The notes beneath the pieces were generated by a model, which saw only the letters and a list, made by a program, of their open reading frames with translations, made no database searches and was not told the DNA's origin. A stretch of 64,000 nt of DNA from an uncultured Alphaproteobacteria bacterium. GTDB lineage: Bacteria > Pseudomonadota > Alphaproteobacteria > Rhodobacterales > Rhodobacteraceae. The stretch covers positions 361,264 through 425,263 of the forward strand of contig CAWJDD010000005.1 of the NCBI GenBank assembly GCA_963841595.1, read 5' to 3'. Shown here in pieces: positions 30,044 to 41,757 of this stretch (position 1 is its first letter; every line of letters begins with the position of its first letter). The translations under genes and the position numbers were made by a program.

Positions 30044-30080
30044 GGAAAATATCCCGGGGGTCCGGGGGTGGAACCCCCGG
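30044..30080. repeat. intergenic repeat (family 2) with hairpin
   Basis: GGAAAATATCCCGGGGG is identical to 47334..47350. It is followed by the hairpin CCGGGGG-TGGAA-CCCCCGG. Confidence 0.6.
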
Positions 30081-30111
30081 CGGGTGCCGCGCTTTGCGCG
30101 GCGAAAGCTGT

Positions 30112-30657
30112 TTAGCCGAACCAGCCTTTCACTTTGCCCCAGACCGATTTCTTTTCGGGTACTGGGATCATTGAACCCGTCAGGATCTCGCCGCCGCTTA
30201 TTTCAGGCAGCGGTTCGGACTCAAAGTGTTCTTCGTCAGGCTGAACCGTGGCCGCTTCAGCAACGGCAGGGGTCATTTCCTCGAAGGTATCCAGCATTGC
30301 CAAAGTTTCGGGGCCTGCCAAGCCGTCAGCATCCAGACCTTTGGACGATTGGAATTCCATCACGGCTTTCTCGGTGCCCGAGCCAAAGATGCCATCAGCG
30401 CCAAGGCCCAGCCCTTCCTGAAGCTTCTTCACGGCCGCCCCGCGCGAGCCTTTCCGCAAAAGCACAAGCTCGTGGAGGCCCATCGCTGTAAAGGTGTCTG
30501 GCCCCGCAATACCATCGACGGCCAAACCGGCCGAGGCCTGATAGTCGCGCAGGGCCTTTTCGGTTCCCGGCCCGAAATCACCGTCGGCCGTGATACCAAG
30601 TTTTGCCTGCAGACGTTTGACAGGTGCACCCTTCAGGCCGCGTTTCAAAATGGACAT
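30112..30657 (-). CDS. peptidoglycan-binding domain protein (two PG_binding_1 repeats)
   Basis: 181 aa. Repeated LQ..LG...DG.FG.GTEKA...FQ motif. Confidence 0.75.
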   Translation of the reverse strand: MSILKRGLKGAPVKRLQAKLGITADGDFGPGTEKALRDYQASAGLAVDGIAGPDTFTAMGLHELVLLRKGSRGAAVKKLQEGLGLGADGIFGSGTEKAVMEFQSSKGLDADGLAGPETLAMLDTFEEMTPAVAEAATVQPDEEHFESEPLPEISGGEILTGSMIPVPEKKSVWGKVKGWFG

Positions 30658-30775
30658 AGACAGTCTCCCCTCATTAAGTTCCGCCGCAGGGTAACAACTC
30701 TGTCAGGCGCAGGCGAGGGGAGAGAAGTGCAGAATTTCCCCCTTGCGCCCGATTCAGGCGCAAGGGGCAGTCAGC

Positions 30776-32381
30776 TTAGCCAATGGCGACGGCGCGCACG
30801 TCGTCGTCGATGGCTTTCTCATACTGGGCGAAGTTCTCGGCAAACATCGCAACCAGCTTGGCGGCCTGGATGTCGTAGGCAGCCTTGTCATCCCACGTCC
30901 GGCGCGGATCAAGCAGGATGTCAGGGACAGCGCTTGCCTTGACGCTGACAGGCACTTCAAAGCCAAAGTTCGGGTCTTTGCGGAACTCGGTGTCCTCCAA
31001 CGAACCGTCCAGCGCAGCCGTCAGCAAAGCGCGCGTCGCCTTGATTGGCATGCGGCTTCCGGTGCCATAAGCACCACCCGTCCAGCCGGTATTGACCAGC
31101 CAGCACGTCGTCCCGTGCTTCGAGATCTTGTCGCGCAGCAACTCGCCATAGATTTCCGGGCGACGCGGTGTGAACGGTGCGCCGAAACAGGTCGAAAACG
31201 TAGGTTCAGGCTCGGTCACGCCACGTTCTGTTCCGGCCACCTTCGAGGTAAAGCCCGACAAGAAGTGATATGTCGCTTGCGCTGGCGTCAGTCGTGCAAT
31301 CGGCGGCAGCACACCAAAGGCGTCACAGGTCAGCATGATCAGGTTCTTCGGATGACCACCCAGCCCGCTTTCCGAAGCGTTCGATATATAGTGCAGCGGA
31401 TAAGCGGAACGCATGTTTGCGGTCAGACTGTCATCCTCGAAATCCAGCTCTTTGGTTTCGGGGTCATAGACCATGTTTTCGATGACAGTCGCGAACATCG
31501 AGCAAGTGTCATAAATCTCGGGCTCGGCTTCGCGGCTTAGATTGATCGTTTTGGCATAGCAGCCACCTTCGAAGTTGAAGGTGCCGTTATCCGACCAACC
31601 ATGTTCGTCATCGCCGATCAGAGTTCGGTTCGGATCAGCGGACAGCGTCGTTTTGCCGGTGCCAGACAGTCCGAAGAAGATCGCGGTATCCACCGGGTTG
31701 CCCGGTGCATGGTTGGCCGAGCAATGCATCGGCATCACGCCCTTCTCAGGCAGCATATAGTTCAGCAGGGTGAAGACTGACTTCTTGTTCTCGCCGCCGT
31801 ATTCGCTTCCGCCGATCAGGATAAGCTTTTTTTCAAAGTTCATCGCGATCACAGTTTCTGTACGGCAATTGTGACGCTCGGGGTCGGCCTTGAACGTTGG
31901 GCAATTGATGATGGTGAACTCTGGAACGAACGTATCCAGTTCCTCACGCTCGGGACGGCGCAGCATGTGGCGGATGAACAGCGAATGCCAAGCCAGTTCG
32001 GTCACCAGACGCACGTCCAGCCGATAACTCGCGTCGGCACCAGCAAAAAGGTCCTGAACGAAATAGTCGCGGCCTTGCATGTGGGCCAGCATGTCTTGGT
32101 GCAGCTGATCAAAACCTTCGGGCGACATGGCGCGGTTATTTTCCCACCAGATCGTGTCTTTGACCGATGGGGTGCAGAACCACGTGCTTGTCCTGTGGAG
32201 AGCGGCCGGTGAACTTTCCTGTTTCGACCAAAAGCGTACCACCTTGGCCAAGTTCGCCTTCTTCGCGGCACAGCGATTGCTTCATCAGATCCGGCTCAAT
32301 GAGGTTGTAATACACCTCGCCCAGACCGTTTATCCCCTGATCAACAAGAGTCTGCTGTGGATTTACCCGTCCATGCGTCAT
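30776..32381 (-). CDS. pckA: phosphoenolpyruvate carboxykinase (ATP) (one apparent frameshift)
   Basis: ORFs 32136..32381 and 30776..32251 join at ...[10 protein letters not shown]|[14 protein letters not shown] (extra base near 32177). [11 protein letters not shown] kinase motif. Confidence 0.95.
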
Positions 32382-32708
32382 TCGGCACTCCTCCTATGGC
32401 GATGCCCACCCCGGGCAAACGATTACCATGGATTGCTTATAGGAGTCCGCTGCAACGCTTGGATAGGCAGTTAGCGCCACCAAGATGTTGAAATCTAAAC
32501 GTTAGCGCCATCAACTTGCCTTGGTCTAACCAAACTGCGTCATATTAGCCATTCTTCAACAGAAATACCGTTCTCCTAGCGTGGCGAATGGCGGTGATTC
32601 GCACATTATTGTTGAATTACCCAAAGGCAGACATGATTATGCCCAGAAAAATGACACCGTAGAATGCGCCATTTACAAGGCGTGCAAGAGCAGTAAAAGG
32701 AACAACCT

Positions 32709-33415
32709 ATGTCCAGGATCGCGCTGGTCGATGATGACCGGAATATTCTGACGTCTGTGTCCATGACACTTGAAGCCGAAGGTTTCGAAGTTGAGACATA
32801 TAATGACGGACAGGCCGCCCTCGATGCTTTCAACAAGAAACTTCCGGATATGGCGGTCTTTGATATAAAGATGCCCCGGATGGACGGCATGGATCTGTTT
32901 GCAGCGCGTGCGCCAGAAGACTTCGATGCCGGTCATTTTTCTGACTTCGAAAGACGACGAGATCGACGAAGTACTCGGTCTGCGCATGGGCGCGGACGAT
33001 TATGTTAAGAAACCGTTCTCGCAGCGTCTGCTGGTTGAACGTATCCGCGCGCTTTTGCGCCGTCAGGAAGTGATTGCTGGCGACGGTGAAGGCGGCGAGG
33101 TGGATCAGGCCCAGGTTATGGTGCGTGGCGAACTTCGCATGGACCCATTGCGCCACTCGGTGTCATGGAAGTCGCGTGATGTATCGCTGACAGTTACGGA
33201 ATTCCTGTTGCTTGCAGGCGCTGGCCCAGCGACCCGGCTTTGTAAAAAGCCGCGATCAGTTGATGGATGTTGCATATGACGATCAGGTCTATGTCGACGA
33301 CCGGACCATCGACAGCCACATCAAACGTTTGCGCAAGAAGATGCGTATGGTCGACGATGACTTTTCAGCGATTGAGACGCTGTACGGCATCGGATATCGT
33401 TATAACGAAGAGTAG
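32709..33415 (+). CDS. chvI: OmpR-family response regulator ChvI (two apparent frameshifts)
   Basis: ORFs 32709.., 32899.. and 33212..33415 join into receiver plus winged-helix domains. Extra T in 32898..32900 and extra G at 33214. Synteny with pckA and chvG. Confidence 0.85.
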
Positions 33416-35138
33416 ATGACTGCGGCGGGGGTCCAGATGGAAGGCGCCAGGCCGGCAAGGCAGGCAGAAGTCGTTCTTGGCGAAGACTGGATCGGCGCAG
33501 ATGCTGCGGCGGAAAGCGAAGCGCGCGCTAAGCGGGACAAGCGTGGCGTCATAGCCATGAACCGGTCTCCGCTTGCGCGGAAGATCATTACGTTCAATCT
33601 TCTGGCGATTCTGGTTCTGGTCAGCGGCGTGCTGTTCCTGAACCCGTTTCGCGACAGCCTTGTCTATCAGCGCGAAAAGGCGATCGTCAGCGAAGCGGAA
33701 CTTATCTCGGGCTTTATCGAGGCTCAATTTCCCGGTGACATTCCTGTCGATCTACGGAATGCCGAGAGTCAGTTCCAAACATTGCTGAATGGCATCGCGC
33801 TGCCTTCTCCTGCGTCGCTGTTCGTTTATGATGCGAGCGGCGCGTTACTCGCTTCATTCGACCACGCGGGCCAGGCAGACGCCTTTGCCGCGCTTAGGCC
33901 GAACGAGCGTTCGACCATGATCACCGACGCGCTTGATTCCATCTGGAATGGCTTGTCGTTCCTGTTTGGCCGAAGCTCCGACAGACCAGAAGTGAACACT
34001 GACAACGCAACTTTGGTCAAAGGTCTCATCGCGGCCACGCTGGATGAAGGCAATCAGGTCCGCACGTCCACCGATCTGCATGGCAACACGATTTTCACTG
34101 TCGCTACCCCAATCATGCAGGCAGGCGCGCCAATCGGTGCCGTCGCTCTTGCCAGCGCGGCAGGCGAGATTGACGGGCTGGTCCGCTCCGAGCGCGAACA
34201 AATCCTCCAGATGTTCGTCATCGCCATTCTGGTGTCGGTCGGTCTTAGCCTTGTGCTGGCGTCGACCATTGCCAACCCGCTGTCCGATCTGGCCGCAGCC
34301 GCGGAAATCGGACGCGAGAAAAACGCCCGTAAATTCAGCCCCAGCCGCGTCCGTATCCCTGATCTGACCGCCCGGCCCGATGAAATCGGCCGCCTGTCCG
34401 GGGCGCTTCGCGGGCATGGTCACGGCGCTTTACGACCGGATCGATGCGAACGAACAGTTTGCCGCCGATGTGGCACACGAAATCAAGAACCCGCTGGCCT
34501 CGCTCAGCTCGGCCGTCACATCGCTTCGCACCGTCCAGCGCGAAGATCACCGGACGAAACTTCTGGACGTGATCGAACACGACACGGTTCGGCTTGACCG
34601 GCTGGTCAGCGACATCTCGAACGCCTCGCGGCTGGACAGCGAACTGGTCAAAGAAGAGGAAGAACCTTTCGACCTTCTCAAGATGATTGGCAATCTGGCC
34701 CAGTATCTGGGCGAAGAGTCGCGTGAGAAAGGCGTTGAGTTCATCACCGACATGCCGACCGATCCGATTGTGATCGAAGGCTTGGAAAGCCGTCTGGCAC
34801 AGGTCTTTGTCAACCTGCTGACCAATGCCATTTCGTTCTGCGAAGATGGCGATGCGATCCGCGTCTGGGTCCGCAAGCGCGAAAACCGCGTGCTGGTCGT
34901 GGTCGAAGACACCGGGCCGGGCATTCCGGAACAGGCGCTGACCAAGATTTTCAACCGCTTCTATACCGAACGTCCGGTCGATCACTTCGGAAACAACTCG
35001 GGCCTTGGCCTTGCGATCTCGAAGCAGATTGTCGAAGCCCACGGTGGCGTCATCTGGGCCGAGAACATTCGCCCGACTGATGCCGACGTCACATCCGAAC
35101 CCCTTGGCGCCCGCTTCGTCGTCGGCCTTCCGGTCTAA
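33416..35138 (+). CDS. chvG: sensor histidine kinase ChvG (one apparent frameshift)
   Basis: ORFs 33416..34597 and 34380..35138 join at ...GALRG|MVTALYDRIDANEQFAADVAHEIKNPL (extra C at 34415). H-box and HATPase motifs. Confidence 0.85.
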
Positions 35139-35148
35139 GGTTTCGCCC

Positions 35149-35580
35149 ATGGGCCGCGCAGCGAACGGTCCCATCACCCTGCATGCGACTGCCGTCGCTT
35201 TCGGCCCTGCGGCGGTTCTGCTCACCGGAGCATCCGGAAGCGGTAAATCCACCCTTGCCCTGCAACTCATCGGCCTAGGCGCCACATTGGTTTCGGACGA
35301 TCAGGTCATCGCCATGCCGCGCAACGGTGGTCTGTGGCTTTCCGCCCCCGCCGCCCTGAGCAATCTGATCGAAGCCCGTAATTTCGCCTTGCTGGCCTGT
35401 CCCACAGAACCCGCATGGGCGCGCGCCGTTGTTGATATGGATCAGGTTGAAGCGACCCGCCTGCCCAAGCCGGGCGAAACCACAATCGCCGGTATATCGC
35501 TTCCTTTGATGAGGAAGGTTGAGAGCCCGGCATTCCCGGCTATGCTGCAGCTCTATTTGAATGGGGGCGCTGTGTCGTGA
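35149..35580 (+). CDS. hprK: short HPr kinase/phosphorylase (C-terminal domain only, alphaproteobacterial type)
   Basis: 143 aa from the ATG at 35149. P-loop GASGSGKSTLAL...LVSDD. Confidence 0.8.
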   Translation: MGRAANGPITLHATAVAFGPAAVLLTGASGSGKSTLALQLIGLGATLVSDDQVIAMPRNGGLWLSAPAALSNLIEARNFALLACPTEPAWARAVVDMDQVEATRLPKPGETTIAGISLPLMRKVESPAFPAMLQLYLNGGAVS

Positions 35581-36482
35581 CACGTGACGTACCGAAAAGG
35601 ACTGATGCGCGTGCAGTCTTTGTCACCGGTGCCTCGGGGGCAGGTCGCACAACGGCGATCAACGCGCTGGAAGACCTTGGTTTCGAGCCAATCGACAACC
35701 TGCCATTGTCGTTGCTGGAACGTGTCTTCGAAGGGCCTTCGGGTATGCCGCCGCTGGCCCTTGGCATTGATGTTCGCAACCGGGACTTCAGTCAGGACAA
35801 AGTGCTGTCTGTCCTTGAAAAGATCACCGATGCCGAAGACGTCGACGCCGAGATACTTTTCCTTGATTGCAGCGCCGATGTGCTGATCACGCGCTATTCG
35901 GAAACCCGTCGCCGCCACCCGCTTGCCCCGTCCGAAACGCCTCAGATCGGGATCGCGCGCGAGATGGACCTTCTGGTGCCGATCCGCGCCATTGCCGACC
36001 ACGTGATTGATACCTCTGCCATGACCCCGCATCAGCTTCGGGCCGAAGTCGAACGCATCTTCGCGCGGGATGGCACCGCGGATATGTCGGTCTCGGTCGA
36101 AAGCTTTTCTTACAAACGTGGTTTGCCGCGTGGATTGGATATGGTGTTCGATGTTCGCTTTCTGGCAAATCCACATTGGGAAGCGCACCTTCGCGCCTTG
36201 GACGGACGAAGCCCGGATGTTGCCGCCTATGTCGAAGCCGATGCGCGCTTTGCTGATTTCTTCACCAGAATGCTGGACATGGTGTTGAGCCTGCTTCCGG
36301 CGTTCAAGGAAGAAGGCAAAACCTATCTGTCAGTGGGCATTGGGTGCACCGGCGGGCAACACAGATCGGTTGCCGTTACGGAAAAACTGGCAAATGCCCT
36401 TGCAGAACAAGGGTGGCGGGTGTCAACTCGCCATCGGGAATTGGAGCGGCGTGCAAGTGAAAAGCCGCAGGGCACGGGGTAG
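35577..36482 (+). CDS. rapZ: RNase adapter protein RapZ (YhbJ family)
   Basis: 301 aa. GASGAGRT P-loop, FDVRFLANPHW, IGCTGGQHRSV. Confidence 0.88.
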   Translation: MTRDVPKRTDARAVFVTGASGAGRTTAINALEDLGFEPIDNLPLSLLERVFEGPSGMPPLALGIDVRNRDFSQDKVLSVLEKITDAEDVDAEILFLDCSADVLITRYSETRRRHPLAPSETPQIGIAREMDLLVPIRAIADHVIDTSAMTPHQLRAEVERIFARDGTADMSVSVESFSYKRGLPRGLDMVFDVRFLANPHWEAHLRALDGRSPDVAAYVEADARFADFFTRMLDMVLSLLPAFKEEGKTYLSVGIGCTGGQHRSVAVTEKLANALAEQGWRVSTRHRELERRASEKPQGTG

Positions 36483-36487
36483 ACCGC

Positions 36488-36877
36488 TTGATCGGTATCG
36501 TGATTGTTGCGCATGGGGGCCTCGCGCGGGAATATCTCGCCGCTGTCGAACACGTTGTCGGCAAGCAGAGTGGTATGCGAGCGATTCCGATCGAACCTGA
36601 CCACGACCGAAGCAAGAAACAGGCCGAGATCTGTGCGGCGGCTGACAGCGTCGACGCAGGTGACGGCGTTGTGGTCGTAACGGATATGTTTGGCGGTTCG
36701 CCCTCAAACCTTTCGCTTCTGGCCTGCAGCCCAGCCGATCGCAAAATCCTGTACGGTGCAAACCTACCGATGCTGATCAAACTGGCAAAATCCCGCCACA
36801 AACCGATCAACACCGCAGTCGAAGCCGCGTTAAAGGCAGGTCGCAAATATATCGACTGTTTTGAGGGTGGTGGTTGA
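36488..36877 (+). CDS. PTS EIIA component, mannose family
   Basis: 129 aa, MIGIVIVAHGGLA... with the phospho-His context. Confidence 0.8.
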   Translation: MIGIVIVAHGGLAREYLAAVEHVVGKQSGMRAIPIEPDHDRSKKQAEICAAADSVDAGDGVVVVTDMFGGSPSNLSLLACSPADRKILYGANLPMLIKLAKSRHKPINTAVEAALKAGRKYIDCFEGGG

Positions 36878-36883
36878 CATGTT

Positions 36884-37162
36884 ATGACTGAAACCGTGAC
36901 ACGCGTTTTGACCATTGTGAACGAAAAGGGCCTTCACGCCCGCGCCTCGGCCAAGTTGGTTGAGCTGGTTGAAGGGTTCGATGCAGAAGCCGAAGTGAGC
37001 AAAGACGGCATGTCTGTCACTGGCGACAGTATCATGGGTTTGCTGATGCTGGCTGCTTCCCGGGGCACCTCGATCGAGGTTGTTACAAGTGGCGCGCAAT
37101 CTGACGAACTGGCCGACGCTATCGAAGCACTGGTGGCCGATCGGTTTGGTGAGGACATGTAG
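36884..37162 (+). CDS. ptsH: HPr-family phosphocarrier protein (NPr/HPr)
   Basis: 92 aa, ...IVNEKGLHARASAKLV... (His-15 region). Confidence 0.85.
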   Translation: MTETVTRVLTIVNEKGLHARASAKLVELVEGFDAEAEVSKDGMSVTGDSIMGLLMLAASRGTSIEVVTSGAQSDELADAIEALVADRFGEDM

Positions 37163-37165
37163 CCG

Positions 37166-38038
37166 GTGGCACAGCTGACCAACATTCCAGGCGACGACGC
37201 AACGCAGGATGGCTATATCCCCTATGACAAGCGCCGTCTGAGTTATGCAAACACCTTCCCGAACCCGACAAAACGCGGAGTTATCCGGACGCTGGAATGG
37301 ACAACCGGCAAACTCAAACTGCTACGGCTGATTCGGCAATTCGAGCTGGAAGGCGTTGAAACCGGGCAGGGCTTCTGGCCTCATGCCTTGCGCGTCATGG
37401 GGATCACCCTTGAAACGCCAGCGGACGAAATCGCGCAAATCCCCAGAACAGGCCCTGTAATCATCGTGGCCAATCACGCGCATGGGCTGGTTGACGGCAT
37501 GGTCCTTGCCGAACTGATCGGTCGGGTGCGCACGGACTATAAAATCCTGACCCGTTCTTTGTTGACCGGCATCCCCGAGATCGAGCAATTCATGATTCCC
37601 GTGCCCTTTCCGCACGAAGACGCAGCGATCCAGAAAAGCCTGGCCATGCGCAAGATGACGATGGCTCATCTGGCGGCAGGTGGGGTTATAACGCTGTTTC
37701 CATCAGGGGTTGTCGCCTCGTCAGATACGTTTTGGGGTCCAGCTGTCGAACGGGACTGGAACCCTTTCACCGCCAAGATGATCCTGAAATCTGGTGCTAC
37801 CGTCGTGCCGATCCGCTTCCCCGGCGCCAATTCGCGGGCTTATCAGATCGCCGACAAGGTCAGCGCCACGGTCAGGCAGGGACTATTGCTGCACGAGGTC
37901 GTCCACGCCCTGAACAAATCGCAACGCCCGCACGTTGGTCAGCCCTTTGATCCGGCTGGGATCGCAGAAAGAGCTAACGCGCCGCGCGAGTTGATGTCGT
38001 GGATGCGGTCTGAAACGCTGGCACTTGGCCGGGGCTGA
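37166..38038 (+). CDS. lysophospholipid acyltransferase (PlsC-like) family protein
   Basis: 290 aa. HXXXXD motif NHAHGLVDG and FPSG block. Confidence 0.7.
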   Translation: MAQLTNIPGDDATQDGYIPYDKRRLSYANTFPNPTKRGVIRTLEWTTGKLKLLRLIRQFELEGVETGQGFWPHALRVMGITLETPADEIAQIPRTGPVIIVANHAHGLVDGMVLAELIGRVRTDYKILTRSLLTGIPEIEQFMIPVPFPHEDAAIQKSLAMRKMTMAHLAAGGVITLFPSGVVASSDTFWGPAVERDWNPFTAKMILKSGATVVPIRFPGANSRAYQIADKVSATVRQGLLLHEVVHALNKSQRPHVGQPFDPAGIAERANAPRELMSWMRSETLALGRG

Positions 38039-38041
38039 CCG

Positions 38042-38921
38042 TTATCGGGTCGGAACGGGCGGATCCTGTCGATAATCGTAAAATCCGCGGTCGGACTTCC
38101 GTCCAAGCCACCCAGCTTCGACATACTTGGTCAAAAGCGGGCAAGGCCGGTATTTGGTATCCGCCAACCCGTCGTGCAGCACGTTCATGATCGCTAGGCA
38201 GGTGTCCAGCCCGATGAAATCGGCCAGCTCCAGCGGACCCATCGGGTGGTTCGTGCCCAGTTTCATAGCGGAATCGATGGATGACGACGGATCCTACGCC
38301 TTCGTAAAGCGTATAAACCGCCTCGTTGATCATCGGCATCAGGATGCGGTTGACGATGAAGCGCCGGAAAATCCTCGGCCGTGGCAGCCGTTTTGCCCAG
38401 CCTGTCAACAACAGCATGACAGGCTTTGAAGGTTTCGTCGTCCGTGGCGATCCCGCGGATCAACTCGACCAGCTGCATCACCGGCACCGGGTTCATAAAG
38501 TGGAACCCCATGAATTTCTCAGGACGGTCGGTCCGGCTGGCCAGCCGCGTGATGGAAATGGACGACGTGTTCGACGTCAGGATCGTGTGTGGTGCCAGAT
38601 GCGGCACAAGGTCCTCAAAAATGGCGGCTTTGACCGTTTCCCGCTCGGTCGCCGCCTCGATGACAAGATCGGTCGATCCAAGATCGGAAAGTACCATCGT
38701 CGTCGAAATCCGCCCCATCGCGACCGATTTGTTCATCCGCCGTGATCTTTTCGCGAGACGACCTGCCGGTCTAGGTTCGCTTCGATCAGGGCCATGGCAT
38801 TGTCCAAAGCTTCACGGCTGACGTCGTTCATCACCACGTCATAGCCTGCCAAAGCCAGCACATGAGCAATCCCGTTGCCCATCTGACCTGCGCCGATCAC
38901 GCCAACCTTGCTGATGTCCAT
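38042..38921 (-). CDS. hbd: 3-hydroxybutyryl-CoA dehydrogenase (about 3 apparent frameshifts)
   Basis: [21 protein letters not shown] (ATG at 38921). Pieces in ORFs 38733..38975, 38263..38736, 37974..38417 and 38042..38266 join into a full 3HCDH N- and C-domain protein. Confidence 0.88.
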
Positions 38922-39058
38922 GCTTGCCTCGTCACTTGCTGAGCGACCATAGGCGCTTGTCCAAAGAGCATGCAAGGGCGCGAAAAGCTTAAAATGCTAT
39001 CTTTAGCTTTATCTCAATCGCTTGGCCCGAAACTGGCCCGGAAGGTGTCATTACAACG

Positions 39059-39962
39059 GTGTTTGGCTTGTCTGAAGAAGTTGAAGAAGACGCAAACCGG
39101 CGGTTGGACTATCAGCTTTGCGGGTTCGAGGGGACACGGCTGAAATTTCGCGGCCCGGCTCCGGATTTCGATCAACCATTTGTTGCGGTGCTGGGCGGCA
39201 ACGAAACCTATGGAAAGTACGTTCAAAACCCGTTTCCTGATTTGCTTGGCGACTGGATTGAAACACCCGTCATGAACCTTGGTGTGCAGCAGGCAGGTTT
39301 GTCTCTGTTTGCCGAGGAACGCTGGCTTTTGGACGTTGCATCAAAGGCTGAACTGACCGTGCTTCAGGTGTTGGGCGCACAGAATATGTCGAACCGGCTT
39401 TACAGCGTGCATTCCCGGCGCAATGACCGTTTTTTGGGCGTCTCGCCAGCTCTGCGTGACATGTACCCAGACGGTTGATTTCTCTCAGATCAACTTCACC
39501 GGGCACCTGTTGGAAACCCTGACCCTACAATCGCGCGGCGCCTTCGCCGTCCTGATGGAAGAACTCAAGTTTTCATGGCTTCAACGCATGCGACGGGTGG
39601 TGCAAACCATCGAAAGTGATGTTGTGCTGCTTTGGGTGTCGGATAGGCACCCGGATCAGACGGACCATAAGCTGCACGAAAGCGAACCGATGTTCGTTGA
39701 CCGCGCCATGCTTGATGAATTGTCCGGCGATGTCTGTGGAGTGGTAGAAGTCGTTGGCCGATCAGCCCCGTCGCTTGACGGCAAGGTCTGTTCGGCGAAA
39801 GAGGCGGGTGCGGCGCAACTTTTGCCCGGCCCCGCGGATCACGCCCGAGTGGCCGAAGCGCTTGCATCTGAAATATCGCGGCTCGAGAGAAAACCCGGGC
39901 GAAACTTGGTCCGCCCGGGTTACCAGTCAGAGCTTTCTCGATCAGCTCGGGCACGGCAGTGA
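39059..39962 (+). CDS. conserved hypothetical protein (one apparent frameshift; 3' end uncertain)
   Basis: ORFs 39059..39478 and 39423..39962 join at ...LRDMYPD|[11 protein letters not shown] (extra base near 39473). The tail overlaps the etfA 3' end. Confidence 0.5.
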
Positions 39963-40857
39963 AAAGGTCGGCGACAAGACCATAATCGGCCACCTGGAAG
40001 ATCGGGGCCTCTTCGTCCTTGTTGATCGCCACGATGATCTTGCGAATCCTTCATCCCCGCAAGGTGCTGGATCGCTCCCGAAATTCCGACGGCGACGTAA
40101 AGATCAGGCGCCACCACCTTGCCGGTCTGGCCAACCTGCCAGTCGTTCGGCGCATAGCCTGAATCGACCGCCGCGCGTGATGCGCCCACGGCGGCACCCA
40201 GCTTGTCCGCCAGCTTTTCGATCAGGGCAAAGTCGTCTTCCGAGCCAACGCCGCGACCGCCGGACACCACAACGCCCGCGCTTGTCAGTTCAGGACGGTC
40301 GCTGGCCGCAACCTTGTCTTCGACCCATTCCGACAGGCCTGGATCAGCAGCGGCACCGACAGTTTCGACCGAGGCCGAACCGCCTTCGCCCGCAACATCG
40401 AACGTCGAGGTCCGGACCGAGATCAACCTTGGTTGCATCCGACGACTTCACCGTCTGGATGGCGTTGCCGGCATAAATCGGACGCTCAAACGTATCGGCA
40501 TCGACGACGCCCGAAATGTCCGAGATCACCATCACGTCCAAAAGTGCGGCCACACGCGGCAGAACGTTCTTGGCGTCCGTCGTCGCAGGGGCCACGATGT
40601 GGGAATAGTCGCCAGCCAAGCGACACGATCAGCGCCGCCGTGGTTTCGGCCATGCGGTGCCCAAGAGAAGGGTCCTCGGCGACCAACACTTTGGAGACGC
40701 CGTCGATCTTGGCAGCAGCTTCGCCAGCGGCAGCAGCCGAAGCACCGGCGCAAAGCACCGTCACATCGCCCATCGCTGTCGCAGCGGTTACAGTCTTGGC
40801 GGTGGCGTCCATCGCCAGTTCGCCATCGGTGACTTCAGCAAGAAGAAGTACAGCCAT
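39920..40857 (-). CDS. etfA: electron transfer flavoprotein subunit alpha (at least 3 apparent frameshifts)
   Basis: [14 protein letters not shown]... Pieces in ORFs 40486..40860, 40344..40619, 39920..40438 and 39565..40032 (…[24 protein letters not shown]…). Confidence 0.9.
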
Positions 40858-41617
40858 CAAACCGCCCCCACTTCTTTAAGTTTCGCGACAAGTTCATCAA
40901 CCGAACCAACGATCTCACCGGCTTTCGCGGGTCTCGGGTTCGGTGGTCGAAACGATTTCCAGCCGGGGCGAGACATCGACGCCGTAATCTGCAGGCGTCT
41001 TCTCATCCAGCGGCTTTTTCTTCGCTTTCATGATATTCGGAAGTGACGCATAGCGCGGCTCGTTCAGACGCAAATCAACGGTCACAATCGCGGGCATCTT
41101 TACCTTGATCGTCTGCAAACCGCCGTCAACTTCGCGGGTCACCGTGGCGCTGTCGCCGTCAACATCGAAGCTCCGGAGGCAAAGGTCGCCTGTGCCCAGC
41201 CGGTCAAAGCCGCCAGCATCTGGCCGGTGGCGTTCATGTCGTTGTCGATCGCCTGTTTGCCGCACAGAACCAGGCCCGGCTGTTCTTCGTCGCACACCGC
41301 TTTCAGCAGCTTGGCAACGGCCAGCGGTTCGATGTCGTTGTGCACATCATCAGTGGCCACGATCAGGATCGCGCGGTCAGCGCCCATGGCCAAAGCGGTG
41401 CGCAGGGTTTCCTGGCCTGCTTCACGCCGATTGATACGGCGATGATTTCTTCGGCCTTGCCGGCCTCTTTCAGCCGGATCGCCTCTTCGACAGCAATCTC
41501 GTCAAACGGGTTCATCGACATCTTGACGTTCGCCAGATCGACACCGCTGCCGTCCGCTTTGACGCGGACTTTCACGTTATAGTCGATGACGCGTTTGACA
41601 GGCACCAACACCTTCAT
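40857..41617 (-). CDS. etfB: electron transfer flavoprotein subunit beta (at least 3 apparent frameshifts)
   Basis: [20 protein letters not shown]... Pieces in ORFs 41363..41617, 41139..41393 and 40915..41295, plus a shifted C-terminus ...[21 protein letters not shown]. The stop overlaps the etfA ATG. Confidence 0.9.
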
Positions 41618-41757
41618 CTGCGCAAACTCCTTCAGGTTCTCACTGCAGCGGTTTATCGAAGCCGCAGCCGCAGAAAACAGAGCAAAATCGACTTAAACCA
41701 GAACAACGACGCCGCGTTTCGTGCTAGAGTGGCTGAAGAATCGCGAAGGGGGTCCCG

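Noticed and set aside
39565-40032. 155-aa minus-strand ORF
   Set aside because: Only its first third (…[34 protein letters not shown]) is real, being the frame-shifted C-terminus of etfA. The rest is read-through antisense to the neighbouring gene.
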